Part shown: in pieces, positions 12,900 through 25,976 of the stretch
Layout: each line of letters opens with the position of its first letter
How positions within the stretch are numbered: the stretch's first letter is position 1
Assembly (NCBI RefSeq): GCF_022045235.1
Contig: NW_027266286.1
Location: 38,998,001 to 39,062,000 of the forward strand
Source: Haliotis cracherodii
Taxonomy: Eukaryota
Length of the DNA: 64,000 bases
Direction: 5' to 3'
The notes under the pieces: generated by a model
What the model was told of the DNA's origin: nothing
The model's input: only the letters and a program-made list of their open reading frames with translations
Databases searched by the model: none
Made by a program: the position numbers and the translations under genes

Positions 12900-13617
12900 A
12901 ATGTTATGGGTTTTCAGACACTTAAGAAACAGTCATAGTTTTCTCTCTAATCACATGAACAACTGTAAAACATCTCATTTATCTTTAAAAGACTATAGCG
13001 CGAGTAATCAAGATAAAATATCCATCCGAAAATCAATTGGAATACGATGACATGCTTCAACGAAGTCTGACCACCCAATCCTGATTGTCTCCTCTACCAC
13101 AAGCATAGGTGCCTCTTACGTCAAGCATGGTTTGCTGAAGACCTATTCTTTCCTGGATCTTCACAGGTACCATAGTGTAGTGCTGTCTGCCCACAGAGGG
13201 GAAGGCTGGTTGTTCCATCCCCTGGCTGCATCGCATCCATGTTTAACTGCGGCATGGTATCTCTGTTTGCAAGTACTATCAAAATGTCAAATAAGTCTGG
13301 ACTAGTACGAGGAGACATGCACAGACACATTTCTCGCTCTGTAAGCATAATATCTTACAAACTACTTGACCAGTAAAGGCTGATACTATCTTGAAATTTC
13401 AAGATAATAAGTTGAAATTTCTAGATAGTATCGAAAAAAATAAAAACACCAAATGGCCCTAAAAGGCTTCCGTATATTCAAGAAGTTCGATTCCAATTTT
13501 CAGCAGACGGGTTGAAAAGCTAATGATGGCTAAACGATGTCATTACTCCGTCATTAATGTAATGAAAATGTGTATTTGTTTAGTTAATTGTGGAATTCAA
13601 CACACGTTCACATATAA

Positions 13618-14200
13618 TGCTGGGGGATATAGTCAACACCTTGCTGTCTGTCCGTCCGTCCACCAATCCGTAATCATTTTGTTTCCGGAGCGTAACTAAA
13701 AAACAATTCAATATTTTTCAACAAAAATTGGCATATATATTAAACAGATCGGGAAGTGACGCCTTTTACTACTTACAGATGTTTGTCATTTATATTTTTC
13801 TTGATTTCCATGGAAACTATTTGGACTTAGTCTCAAAAGGGGGATGGGGGTCGTGCTGTGAAAGACTTTTCATTCAAACCTGGTACATATTTTAATTAAG
13901 AGCTGAAGGGATGCCTTTTGCTATTTAGGAATTTTTCAAAAAAATTCCCTGTTCCATGGAAACAAGTTAGACAAAGCTGAAACCCAGGTTGGTATGGTTT
14001 CTGGAGCAGAAATTAAAACATGTTAAAAACTATTCAACATTTTTCTTCCAAACTTGGTTTATGTAAATAATCAAGGGCTGAAGTGGTGCCTTTTGCTACC
14101 TTATGCAACAAGTTTGACTTTGTTCATAGTGGTGTGTTTGTCTGGACCATTTCTCTAAAACTAATGGGTACTCTTACCTGAAACTGTGCACACGCAAAAA
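13618..14200 (+). mobile_element. Degenerate Helentron/HINE (DINE-1-like) element
   Basis: GGGGGATAT subterminal motif, (GTCC)n, diverged internal tandem repeats homologous to 18672-19328. Confidence 0.6.
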
Positions 14201-17200
14201 CCAGCTTGTTTTACGCCGCACTCAGCGATCAGCGACTGGCGATAGGTTGTGTGACAAATTGTCTTTCACATTAGGTTGTGTGGCAAATTGTCTTTCACAT
14301 TAGCCTGAGGTACTTTGAAGGGGTGAATACATTTTTATAATCTGGCCTATTCTGCAGCTATACTTAACAGTGAACGCTCTAAGAGTATGCCAAGAGTACC
14401 TGTAGCATGTGAAGAGGATGATGGATGATTACCTGATGTTAAATATAGTCATGGAGTTTGTTGTCTTGATCATGTTGAACTGGTGATTACTGAAATATTG
14501 TCTAAGATTAACATTGATTAAAACTACTAGCAATGTGTTGTATGTCTTAACATACTTTTAATTGTAATTATTAAATGTTTTGGCTGTCAGAATAATAGTA
14601 AAGTTGCTTAACTCAGAAACTGCTTAATATTTTATAATTGCCTTTTGATGTTTTAGTATTTCTAAATAAATATTGTGTGTTTCCTTGGCAACAATCTGTA
14701 CTTAAATTCAAATATATTTTGTTTTAGTTTCCTTGTTTTACTTAATGTATAGTGGCTGTAGTGGGGACAAGTTTTCTCAGAAACTTAAGAAATTATGCTT
14801 ATCTACATGATCTAAGGGATACTTGTCAAGGCTAGGCTAAAAGATTAATGCCGTAAGTTTTGTTCCTATAACACTACTGTGAACAAACAAAATTTCATAT
14901 TTCCCCCATGGCGGGTGATAGTGATAACACTGTTTTCTTGTTTTTTATTAAATGGTGAACAGTGTATCTGTTTTAGTATTTATGATCCATTTCCTTTCCA
15001 CACTCATTTTATTCAACGTCTAATTAAATATACTTTATTTCATTTTCAGGGAAATCATGTAGTAACCAGTCGGCTATAATCAATGTTGTTGTTTTTTCAT
15101 TTTTATATAGATATTTGTTATAAACAATCACTGAAGTAATGATGTGGGGCATAGTTTCCTGAATAACCAGGAGTGCATGGTAGCAAAGGTGAAACCAGGG
15201 ACTGAAACATTTCTTCACCCAATTTGTCCTGCAGAGCCAGTAGATATTATTTTGTACTCGTTCTGCAATATTTTCACTTTGTCCCTATTGCATTTTATAG
15301 TTTTATGTTCTCAGTTATTATTACCTGTTTCTGTAATTAACCTTTGACAGGCTTCGAGTTGAGGACATTATTGATAGACCAGCTGATAGACCGTACAAAA
15401 TTAATTCAGTCACTGCCATCTACACTTATTTCCGGCTTTCCAAAGTCACTCAGGCATGAACATGTCATTTTTGTTTTATAGTCATACTGTTTTTTTTATA
15501 AATAAATTCATTTTTTGTTTGTTTGGTAATGAAATCATGTTTATTCTCGTCAACCTCACCATTCCCGGTTAAAAACAGCCATTACTCTCACAAAATCAAA
15601 CACTTTTGCTTTGACTTTTGAGAACCAGTATGGAGTGGCTTACCATATATGACCGCATATAAGCCGAATTTTGAGGACCAGAAAAAAGATTCTGTAGAAA
15701 GGGGTCTGCTTATCCACGGGATACACTTTCATGATAGTATTTTTCAGATCGTGATCTGTCAGAAACATTGCCTGAATGACGGTCTGATAGATTACAACTT
15801 CCCGAAAGTTTGGAAGTTGCCACGCTTAGAGCCATTATTGTTATGAATTATCAATAAAGTTATTACTATACACCAAAGTTGTCATTATTTAAAAAAATGT
15901 TATGCATGTTACTACTTTCGATATGGTACAACAAAAATAAGAAATATATGGTTACTGCCTTCCCATAAAAAATAGTTTCGAGACCAGCTGTGCAAACACA
16001 CTTTTTGTTTATTTCTTCTGACAGTTGCAAAGTATGCCATCTATATATGATATAAGCGACATGTATTTCGGTATTATTAAGTACAATGAACTTCTGAGAT
16101 ATGAAAACATATTTTCTGTTCGAAATTATCCTGAATATTTAATTGAAATCAATTAGAGATGAAATGATATGATTGAAATAAATGTACTTGCCCTGTAGTA
16201 CGAGTGTTTTTGCTGTCATTCAGCAATATGAGCAGAGTGGATTTTTCGAGCCTTGTGAAAATATGTCAATGTTATTGCTTTTTTTGGTTTTAATGTGAGA
16301 AAATCACAAACTACAATATTTATTAAAACATTTTAAAAATGCTTACTGTAGTTACAGTAATGGGAATTTGGAAATGCTATTGTTAAGACTTTTAATCTCC
16401 TTGTCTGGTATCCCTACATCTGCCAAAGTTTTAGTTTCATCAACATTTGAAGTAAGTTTGAATCCTCCTGCTTGATCTCTGACATCATTGTAATTTGTGT
16501 ATGGTTCTTATTAGCACCTCTTTTGTCAATATTCAGCAAGCATAGTAATCATTATTTCAACAAGTAAGATATAAGATCAAAGTTTGCCATAGGTAATTTT
16601 CTTACCATTCTTTCATTTGTTACCCAAATTTAATTCTGTTGTGCCCATTGTCATGAGATCCTATTTTGGGGTGTAATTTCCAGTTCGTGTCATATCTGCT
16701 TGTGATGATACTAAATAAGATTATTTCTTTTATTGCTGATACATTTGTGGAGAGACAGCATGAGATGTGTGGAAATACTGCCAAGGAGGCATGCTGTAGG
16801 ATTCCTCGTGCTACAACAGTTCCCTGCCTCCTCAGTTGGCTGAATGACAAACCATGCCTCAGTTGTGTGTAGTGTGCTAGGACCTGGGGAATATATCAGT
16901 GGGTATCTGTGTTAACGTATGTATGTGATGTATGATGCTGTTCATGCTCAACATTCAACATTCACTGCATATGGAATGTGTGGTAAGCCATCTATGCCAT
17001 GCTGGCATTTCCCTGCAGTGCTAACTCTTCCTGTTCCTCAATGCCCCTCCCACATACTTCCTCAGCCCTACATATTGCACAGATTCCACTGTTTAAAATA
17101 CACCTGAAGCTGGCCAGTACTAAGCTTGCATGCTTGATAGGGAAACTTGCAAAGTAAGCTATTTTGCTTGAAATTTGAGTCAGATACACTGCTATGGCAA

Positions 17201-18229
17201 CTAGAGTTGTGTGTTAGCAGTGCTCCCATATTCCATGTCCCACATGAACTGTGCCGTGATCACTATGGCGGTGTGTGGAAGTTTCAATGTTTTCATGATT
17301 AAGTATCAGTTGCATACTATTGATTTGCCCTGCCCAGCATCTGGTGGTGAGTTAGCAGCTGCAGTGGTGAGCTCAGTGGGAGGTGTGTACTAGGAAGCAG
17401 TACTACATATAGGAGGCACTGTTTGACCTCCACAGTACAAAACTCACACAGGTGTCAGGCAGTTAGTTCATGTTGGTTATTGAGAGAGTTCAGTTACTGA
17501 GTTAGTTAGACTCGGTACATGGAGTAATTAGTGACACTGGCATGCTGCCAGTGCCCATGATCACTGGCATTTGTACATATTGTAGTTAGTAGAGTCCAGG
17601 TCAACATTATACTCTTGCAGCAACAGGTCCTTTGTGGCCCTTAACGGTAACTGTGTTGTTATTTCAATGTGTTATACAGGTACAGTGAGGGGTGACTCAC
17701 TTGTGTGGCCTGTGGCATGGCTCCAATGTGCCATGCCAGTATTTGGTGTAGTCATGTTGAACAGCATTGTATAGCTAGTATCACTGCTTGTGTTGACAGA
17801 TATAGGAAACTTTATCACATAGCTATGATCACATTGAACTACCCACTGACAGACTTGTTTCTTAGAGATCAGGCTTGTGCTGTAGATGAGATACATTGGC
17901 CAGCTTGTGTCAAAAGACTGTTGTAGCTAGGTGAGTGTTTCCCACTAGACAAGTGTACAGCATGCATGATGTTTTAGATTGATTGTTGTGTACTGGATAT
18001 GTGTAGTAGGTTATTCAGTTCACTGAGACAGACAGCTCAGGCAGAAGGCCTTTGTTATTGTCATTAATAATTCCAGAGTGGTGCAAAGGCACTACTACAG
18101 CAGATAAAGTCAGGGATTTAGCCACAGTTTTGTTTAAGGGTCTCCTTATATTTGAACACCTTTTATCATGTTATCCTCTGAACTGATTTGTAAATATGTT
18201 TGCTAGCATTATCAGCATTAATTATTCGA

Positions 18230-18357
18230 GCGTTTGCACAAGGAGTGGGAGGTCAGTGTTCGATCTCATGGCTGCATCATACCAAAAGATGTTAAAAGAT
18301 GGTACTTGTTGTCCACCCTGGCTTTCGGCATAAAGAGGCTAAAACAAGGACTGGTTG
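18230..18357 (+). mobile_element. Partial SINE family A
   Basis: GTTCGATC B box, CATACCAAAAGA..GATGGTACTTG and GGCTAAAACAAGGACTGG shared with the 12543 copy. Confidence 0.7.
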
Positions 18358-18671
18358 CATGTAGTTAAACTCTCTGACTGAAACACTGAGTTCAAGATTA
18401 AAGGGTCTAAATGATCTTAAACAATGCTTCTAAATTTGTTTGTCGTAGGCAATTCCCAGGAATGTGGAAACAGTCAGTCAGTGTTGATGTCTTTTCAAGA
18501 ATACAGTCTCATGAGAAACATATGAACGTCAAAATGTGGCCTCTTGTTCGATGACAAAGCTGTGTATTGTGTAAACTTTTCACATTATAAATTAATTTGA
18601 AATTATAAGGAAATTCAAAAATATCAAACTGCATTTCTTTATTTTAAAAGAACCTTTTGCAGCATAGATAA

Positions 18672-19328
18672 TTATCCCCCGCCCAAACGTAGTTGGCGGG
18701 GGATATAGAAACTTGGTTCCGTCCGTGTGTGTGTGATCCCGAAATCGTTTCCAGAGCATAACTCAAAAACCGTTAAATATTTCTCTACGAAACTTTGCAT
18801 GTCTATCATACTCATGCTGAACTGGTGCCTTTTGCTATTTAGGAATTTTATAAATTTTTATTTTTTACATTTCCATGGCAACAAGTTGGACTTAGGTTCT
18901 ATAAGGGTGCTGTTCGTTTCCGGAGCGTAACTCAAAAAGCGTTAAATAATATCTTACAAAACTTTGCATGTTTACCAGACACATACTGAACTGGTGCCTT
19001 TTGCTATTTAGGAATTTTATAAATTTTTATTTTTCATGTTTTCATGGCACCAAGTTGGACTTAGGTTCTATAGTTGTGCTGTTCGTTGCCGGAGTGTAAC
19101 TCAAAAAACGTTAAATAATTTCTTACAAAACTTTGCATGTCTACTTGGCACATACTGAACTGGTGCCTTTTGCTATTTAGGAGTTTAATAAATGTTTATT
19201 TTAGAATTTCCATTGCAGCTATTTTGACATGGCCTAAGAGAAATGTTGGGTCAGTTACCTGGTTTGGGACCATAACGTGTTAAAATGGCGGGGGATATAG
19301 ATGACTTCGTCGACTATACGCTTGTTTT
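18672..19328 (+). mobile_element. Helentron-associated non-autonomous element (HINE/DINE-1-like) with 3 x 169-bp core repeats
   Basis: 5' ATCCCCCGCC with inverted copies GGCGGGGGAT at 18695 and 19287, GTCC/GT microsatellite, core repeats at 18751, 18920, 19089, T-rich 3' end. Confidence 0.75.
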
Positions 19329-19652
19329 ATGTAATGGTACAGCACCTAAATATTGCATTTACATTTGCTTATGAATTCAAAAGACAACGTTGAATGATTG
19401 CCTTTATTTTGTGAAAATGTTAAATAGGTCTAAAGGTTAAGCTGTTGAGAAATATTGATGTGTCAACTTGCCTTATGACATCACAGTCAAAAAGTCACAG
19501 TTGGTATTGCATTTTTATGTTATGAAATCACAGCGGTGGACCATTTTGGCCTTGCACTAAGTCACATCCTCACTGACCGAGGAGTTTGGTATTTGGAATT
19601 ATGGTTTGCTTAGATTTCCTAACCACTTGAAAAATGTTATAATCATTTGCAG

Positions 19653-19845
19653 TTTTCTTGATGAAGCTATTGATGTTATTTTGCCACGGTCTGATGTATT
19701 CACTATTAAATAGTATCAAAAGACTCTGAATCTACAGTCTATCAATAACATCAATCACCAAATCTGGTGTTGCTATATCACCAACAATCTCATCACTGTT
19801 AAACAGTGGAATATAACCCAGTATTGAATATGAATTTTGATACCA
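19653..19845 (+). other. Possible 5'UTR exon of the DUSP14-like gene
   Basis: Acceptor tttgcAG 19652, donor GTAAGT 19846; no long ORF. Confidence 0.3.
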
Positions 19846-21548
19846 GTAAGTTTATCCTTCGTCTCAAAGACGGGCTGAAGGCAGGACATGAAACTTCAGG
19901 ATGATGTCTAGCATCATGAGGGGATTTAGATTTGTTCATTTAGAAAACCTTTTTTTCGTCTATTTTCTTTGTAAAATGAAGAAAACATATTGTGATTGGT
20001 AAAAATTTGAATAATGAAATTATTTAGAAACTGCTTTTTAGGGAAGCAAATGGTCTTGGAAGTTAAAACTTTTTGAGGATACTGTGACTTAAATTTGTTT
20101 GTGGCATGGAACTGGAAAGTATTCAACATCTAAAGAAAATAATTAGGCATCATTTTTTCAGAAACTGAGAGGCTCGGGGAGCTGATAGGTTGGTTGTTTA
20201 TGTTATGCTACCATGAGATTCTGATTTAATGAATTGAGGTGCCAAATTAAGCTATTTTCTAGCTCATGTGAACTTATGTCATGACCTGTCTATTGCATCC
20301 TCTCCTCAGAAATCACTGGGTCCATGAAGCTGGAACAGTCTTGTTCTCACCAATAATAGCACCTGAATTTGTTCAAGAGGTTTGAATGTGACTATTGCAG
20401 CCATATTGAAAAACCTAATTTTCTCGAAAGTAATTCTCAGGTCTGTAAACATCTTCCCTGTGAAACTGCTGTACCAATGAGGCTAAAATTCTACATTATG
20501 CTTCTATGGATGACATATTTGATTTGGTCATTGTGACTGCTCCAGATTTGTGTTTAGAAGTCACATTTCATAAACTGTTTTAAAATCTTATTTTCAAGAA
20601 CGACAGGGCATAGAGAGCTGAAACTATGTATGATAATAACCATAAGCAATACTAGGTAGATTGATATTTGTTTAACCATCGCATGGATCTTGATTGTCTT
20701 TGTCCTCAATGTTAATGCACTAATTTTACTGAAACTGATAATTCACTATTTTCACAAATTCAATTTTTATCAACAATATTTCTCAAAATGGTAATGGTAA
20801 GGACTAGAAGTAAAGGCATTTTATAAGTCTTGAGGTCCAAGGTCTCCAGATACAACCTGTTTTCCAAAGGGTATGGTAACATGTTCTCCTGGAAGTATTT
20901 AAGTTGTTATCCCCAAACTTGATATATCATATCTTCAATGAACAGGATAAGAGCCTACATGAAAATATTAGTGAAAGTCAAAATGCTCAAGACTAGTGAA
21001 AAGGCAGAAATGAGTCTGCTCTCAAATCCATGATAAAGACTGTAAGTGCATTTTCTAGTTTCTGAATAGTTTTCAGCGACAGCAAACTGAAATATTCTGA
21101 TGCTTTATCATGTTTATGTCAATGTTATGGGGTTAGCATTTTGAATATGTTATAAGGCATGAAAATGTCATGTTTACCATTTGTAAGACAATCAGGGGGT
21201 AAAGTGTACAGAAAAAGACAATTAAATTTACAAATACACAGGAGTTAACTCTTGGTTCAATATAAACGTCACTGTTATCTATTGCAACTATGCTATACCA
21301 TATATCAATTGTTGAATTTGGGGGCAGAAAGAGTTTTGAATATATCCATGTTGACAAAATGTTTTTGAGTGTCTGTATCATCAGTGGATATTTTACATGT
21401 TGGACACAGGTACTTATCTTTTTCTGTACAAGATAATGATTAGGGTACAAATTTCTCTTACATATGGGTACCATTAGGTGATTAATGTTGTTTTAGTTGG
21501 TCTAATCAAGTTTGGTTTGTTCTTATAATGGTCGGAAAAAAATATATA

Positions 21549-21722
21549 CAGTAAACTACGGTTATAACGAACTCAAAGGGACCACTAATTTTAGTTCGTT
21601 ATAACCTTAGTTCGTTATAGGCATATAACAGCATAACTACAGTAAATTTTAGGGACAAAAAAGTAAGTTTGTTATATCTGTCAGTTCGTTATAAGCGTGT
21701 TCGTTATAACCGTAGTTTACTG
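21549..21722. mobile_element. 174-bp MITE (pogo/Tigger-like)
   Basis: Perfect 24-bp TIR CAGTAAACTACGGTTATAACGAAC, TA TSD, internal GTTCGTTATA repeats. Confidence 0.92.
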
Positions 21723-22447
21723 TATATATTTCAATTTTGTGCTTTTTAAATCTTGATTTCAGTATCGTATGGCATGTAATCCTATTGCAAATGGTACCCA
21801 CGAACCAAGAAGAAATATCAAGTTTGCAGATATTGCTTTATAGTGTTTTATCATGCTTTCAGCAATAATTTCAGTCACAGTTCTCAATTTACACTCATAA
21901 CAATGAATTGAAGAATGGTTCATATAATGCAATTCCTTCAACGTGTTCAATGTTTTTCAGTTTTTCTAAAGTCTGTATTTAATAACATGATGGTATAAAA
22001 CTGAGTGAAACCTGCAATATCAGGTCTTTAAACTATCAAACTAGATGACCAAACAACTGTCTGTGCCAAACACTTTTGAGGCTACTTATGGAATGTAAAT
22101 CTTCATACATGGATGTATTCTTAGACACAATCATTTCATAAATGACAGCAAATAGTAAAAACGAAGAGTCAGTTATTCTTATTTGACAGGTATACCGTAT
22201 ACAGTTTATCGTGAATGAATAGTTCTATTTTGAAAACAAAAATATTTCCAAAATACATCTATATTTGGTAAACCTCCAGAATACCCATCTGCCATGCTTG
22301 TTGATGCTGCTATTAAATCAGCATGTGACAGCGCAGCTACTTTTTAAATAGGGCGACAAAGCTCAAGATAAGCAGAAAGAAGGACTCCGCTGCATTTGTT
22401 TGGTTTAATATGATTAAACCTTAAAGTTGAATATCAAGGCATTTCAT

Positions 22448-22847
22448 CAACATCCAAAGTTAGATATGAACATTACCCAACAATAAAAGTTCCATATTAA
22501 ATGGCATGCGGCAACCGCTCTCACAAGGCACGTGATGATGGCCAATTTTGCGCAAAAAACAACTACGCAACCAGATTTTCATGTGTAAACGACTGCGCAA
22601 CATGATATGTCATATTAAGGGCTGGAACTCTAACTGGTCTACAAACTTTGGGGTAAACACTTAGTGTATTTCACAATAAAACTAATTTGTGTGATATTTC
22701 AAGATAACTTGTTTTTTTATTTTATCTTATAGTATTAAAAAATATCAGAAAAGTCATTTTAATTTATTTTCATTTTGCTATTTTTCATATCGACGAATCT
22801 GTAAAATAAATTAACAAATTAAATGCCTTATCTAACTTTGGCCATTG
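22448..22847. mobile_element. Possible old MITE, about 400 bp
   Basis: Imperfect terminal inverted repeat with 13-bp core CCAAAGTTAGATA; no TSD seen. Confidence 0.35.
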
Positions 22848-23420
22848 TTACCAATGTTAGGTGTGTGTCACATGGAGTCAGGGGAGGTCACCCCAAAATA
22901 TCACAGTCTCTAGGAGGGAGGGTAAAAAAATAATATACATATTTGGGGAGGGTCATAACAAAATGGACGTTTCATTATAAAATACATAATTTTTTGCGTT
23001 TTTTTTTAATTTCCAGGGAGTGTCATGAAAAAAATATACAAGGACATGGGGAAGGTTATCCAAAAATATGAGAAGCATTAGGGGGGGGGGGAATTATTTT
23101 CAGTACATTAGTGCATCCAAAACCTCTGAACACCCACTTGCACATTATGCAATATCATGCTATATCATGTTATATGGTAAGCAGGGTAACACTCAGACTG
23201 AGGTATTGTAATGAAACCTTGCAGGATATCTTTTTGGTGCTCAGAGTGGATTGCACACAGTTAGATTTATTAGTTCCTTTTAAACAGAATAATACCTTGT
23301 TTTTCTTGGATATCGATACATCATAGCATAAAAATTGATAAGAAAATATGACTGAGAATGTGCTTTTATGTGCAATATTTCATATTTGTGCATTTCTTTC
23401 AGACCAACCGCTAAGTGAAG

Positions 23421-24119
23421 ATGGATCGTCACATGTTTGATCAGATAGCTAAGATCACCGACAGCTTGTTCTTGTCAAGTGCAGCAGCTGTCCGGGGTGA
23501 CCGCGTTGTTGGCCTGGGAATCACTCACATCATCAACTGTACCATGGATGTTCCCAACCTGAATGTAGCCAATGTTGAGTGTATACAGATCCATGTTGAC
23601 GACACACCATCAGCACGTCTCAGTCTCTACTTCGACCGATGTAGTGACAAGATAGACCAGATAGCAAGGCGGGGTGGTCGTGCCCTTGTACACTGCGTTG
23701 CAGGTGTAAGTCGCTCAGCCAGCCTTTGTATTGCATACCTCATGAAGCATCACCATATGTCACTCAGACAAGCATACTGGCATGTCCGAGCACGCCGCTC
23801 AGTGATACACCCAAACTTCGGATTCTGGCGCCAACTCATAGACTTTGAACGTAGACTGACAGGCTCAACGTCAGTAAAGATGATACACTCAGGAATCGGG
23901 TACATCCCGGATGTGTTGGAGGAAGAGACACGCAACATGATCTGGTTCGGACCCCAGTCAACAGCATACTCCCGAGCTTATGGAGGAGGAACTTTGAGGT
24001 CCGACAGAGGCAGCAGCAACAGCATTGGTAGCAGTAGCAGCAGCGGAGGTGGAGGGGCAACATATCGCTCATCATATGGTGGGGGGGGCACTTACAGGTC
24101 CAGATATGGACGATATTAA
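23421..24119 (+). CDS. Atypical dual-specificity phosphatase, DUSP14/18/21-like, 232 aa, single coding exon
   Basis: IAKITDSLFLS, general-acid loop VDD, catalytic VHCVAGVSRS (23688-23717), AYLM, IHPNFGFWRQLIDFE, SVKM..GYIPD; acceptor ttcAG 23402 and in-frame TAA 23412 fix the ATG at 23421 (not the GTG in the ORF track). Confidence 0.95.
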   Translation: MDRHMFDQIAKITDSLFLSSAAAVRGDRVVGLGITHIINCTMDVPNLNVANVECIQIHVDDTPSARLSLYFDRCSDKIDQIARRGGRALVHCVAGVSRSASLCIAYLMKHHHMSLRQAYWHVRARRSVIHPNFGFWRQLIDFERRLTGSTSVKMIHSGIGYIPDVLEEETRNMIWFGPQSTAYSRAYGGGTLRSDRGSSNSIGSSSSSGGGGATYRSSYGGGGTYRSRYGRY

Positions 24120-25707
24120 CACAATCAACACAAGTAGTATTATACAGAGTGATGTGAAAGAGCTCTGCAGGCTTTTTCTGTGAATATACCATCCATAGCA
24201 CTGGGGAATATCCTGTGTCAATCGTCAGGCCCGTAGTATACAGAGTATACACCTTTATCAGCCACTGGCTGGGTGTGAAGGAATGAACACTACTGAACAC
24301 TTCCTATTTATTATAGTACAGTATAGGCACTGTTGTTACTGCATGGTTTGGTTACTATTTATTGATGTGTACATATGTATGAAGTGTTACTGGTTGTTGA
24401 TACTCCCAGCATTCTGTAGTCAGGTATGATATGTTGTCAAGTAATACAGACTCTTCACTCCATATAGTCCAAGCAGTCATTTCAAAACCAATTATTTGAA
24501 TTGATTTTCGAAAGTGTCCTCCATGCTGAAGTAGGGACATTTTGACTACCAATTAAGTTTCCTAATTACACTTTGTGTTTTGATACGTGAATTTTACCCG
24601 CAACAGTATTTCAGTCATATCTCCATCACAGTCAGGTTCTCTTGTATTGAAACTGATAGTCATTATTCACATCAAACAAAGTGGCAATGAAGCAGGCAAA
24701 TGGTCAACTAAGGATTCTTCATTTGCCAAAAATAGTACCTATACACAGCTTCAACAAAATAACTTTCTTGTTTCTTCAGATATTTTTTTTTTTTTAAATG
24801 AGATGACATGAGATGGGGAAGACACTTCTTTTTTCTTTTGACAGCATGACCTCCTTAGACGAGTGAAAGATTTTATTTTTTATTCTGGGGAAATGTTAAT
24901 ACTTGTATCAAATGCTGAAATTCAGTAACTACCACAGACAATGGTAAAATATAAGTAGCTTGTTCCTTATCCTTACCGGCAAAGTGCTTACCAGTACTTG
25001 AAAAGGTTTCTTTTCTGAAGAGCAAGTTGTCAGTTTGTTGTGTCATCATCATTACTTGTAGGCATAGAAACACAATCTGGTCCTGCTCAACACTTGATCA
25101 GGGTTGACAGATTAACAAGCTGAAATTAAACTCTTGCAGGTCTCATTTTTTGTTTTGCTATGTATTTTGGACAAAGTAATGATAAGAGGTGTACTGTGTT
25201 AAGGTACATGTTTTCATTCATGTGTCTTGTGAGATACAAGTATACATCTACATTTGTCAACTAAACAATGCTCATCATCCAGTCAACGCTTCACATTTCT
25301 TGTTAGAGTATTTCCTTGAAGTACCTATAGTATATACAATCAGATATGTATTTTTCGCAACAAATTATTTATTGTTTGATAAGAACAACTGTTTTTGAGC
25401 TGACTACAAAGATGGATTGTGTCGTTTGTACAGCTTGGTGCAAACGGGCTGCCAACCAAAGTTGTGTGTGTTTCGCCAAGGTCAGGATACACATGATATG
25501 TAGAGCTAGTCTGTTGTATCTTTGGGAGGGATTCCGTCCCATTACTGAGTCATACATATATCAAAGCATTATTGTATTTTCTTATTCAATTTTCTGATAC
25601 ATATATAATCCTTTATTTATCACTTGCTATAGTTTGAATGGATCCTCTAAATGAAAACTTGATAACATAAGGAACTGTTTGTCAATGTAGTTTGTTGGGG
25701 TGGAGAT

Positions 25708-25976
25708 GCTGTGTGATTAGAGACGTGTACAGTGTTTCCTGCTGTGTGACTAGAGACGTGTACAGTGTTTCCTGCTGTGTGAGTAGAGACCTGTACAGTG
25801 TTTCCTGCTGTGTGAGTAGTGACGTGTACAGTGTTTCCTGCTGTGTGAGTAGAGACATGTACAGTGTTTCCCTGCTGTGTGAGTAGAGACGTGTACAGTG
25901 TTTCCTGCTGTGTGAGTAGAGACGTGTACAGTGTTTCCTGTTGTGTGATTAGAGACGTGTACAGTGTTTCCTGCTG
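25708..25976. repeat. 33-bp minisatellite, about 8 units
   Basis: Unit GCTGTGTGAGTAGAGACGTGTACAGTGTTTCCT. Confidence 0.95.

Noticed and set aside
16600-17950. Short ORFs in a TG-rich stretch
   Set aside because: No recognisable domain or consistent splice signals; likely ancient decayed repeat or intron
23836-24300. 154-aa Cys-rich antisense ORF
   Set aside because: Shadow of the DUSP AGC/GGT-rich tail; non-ATG start
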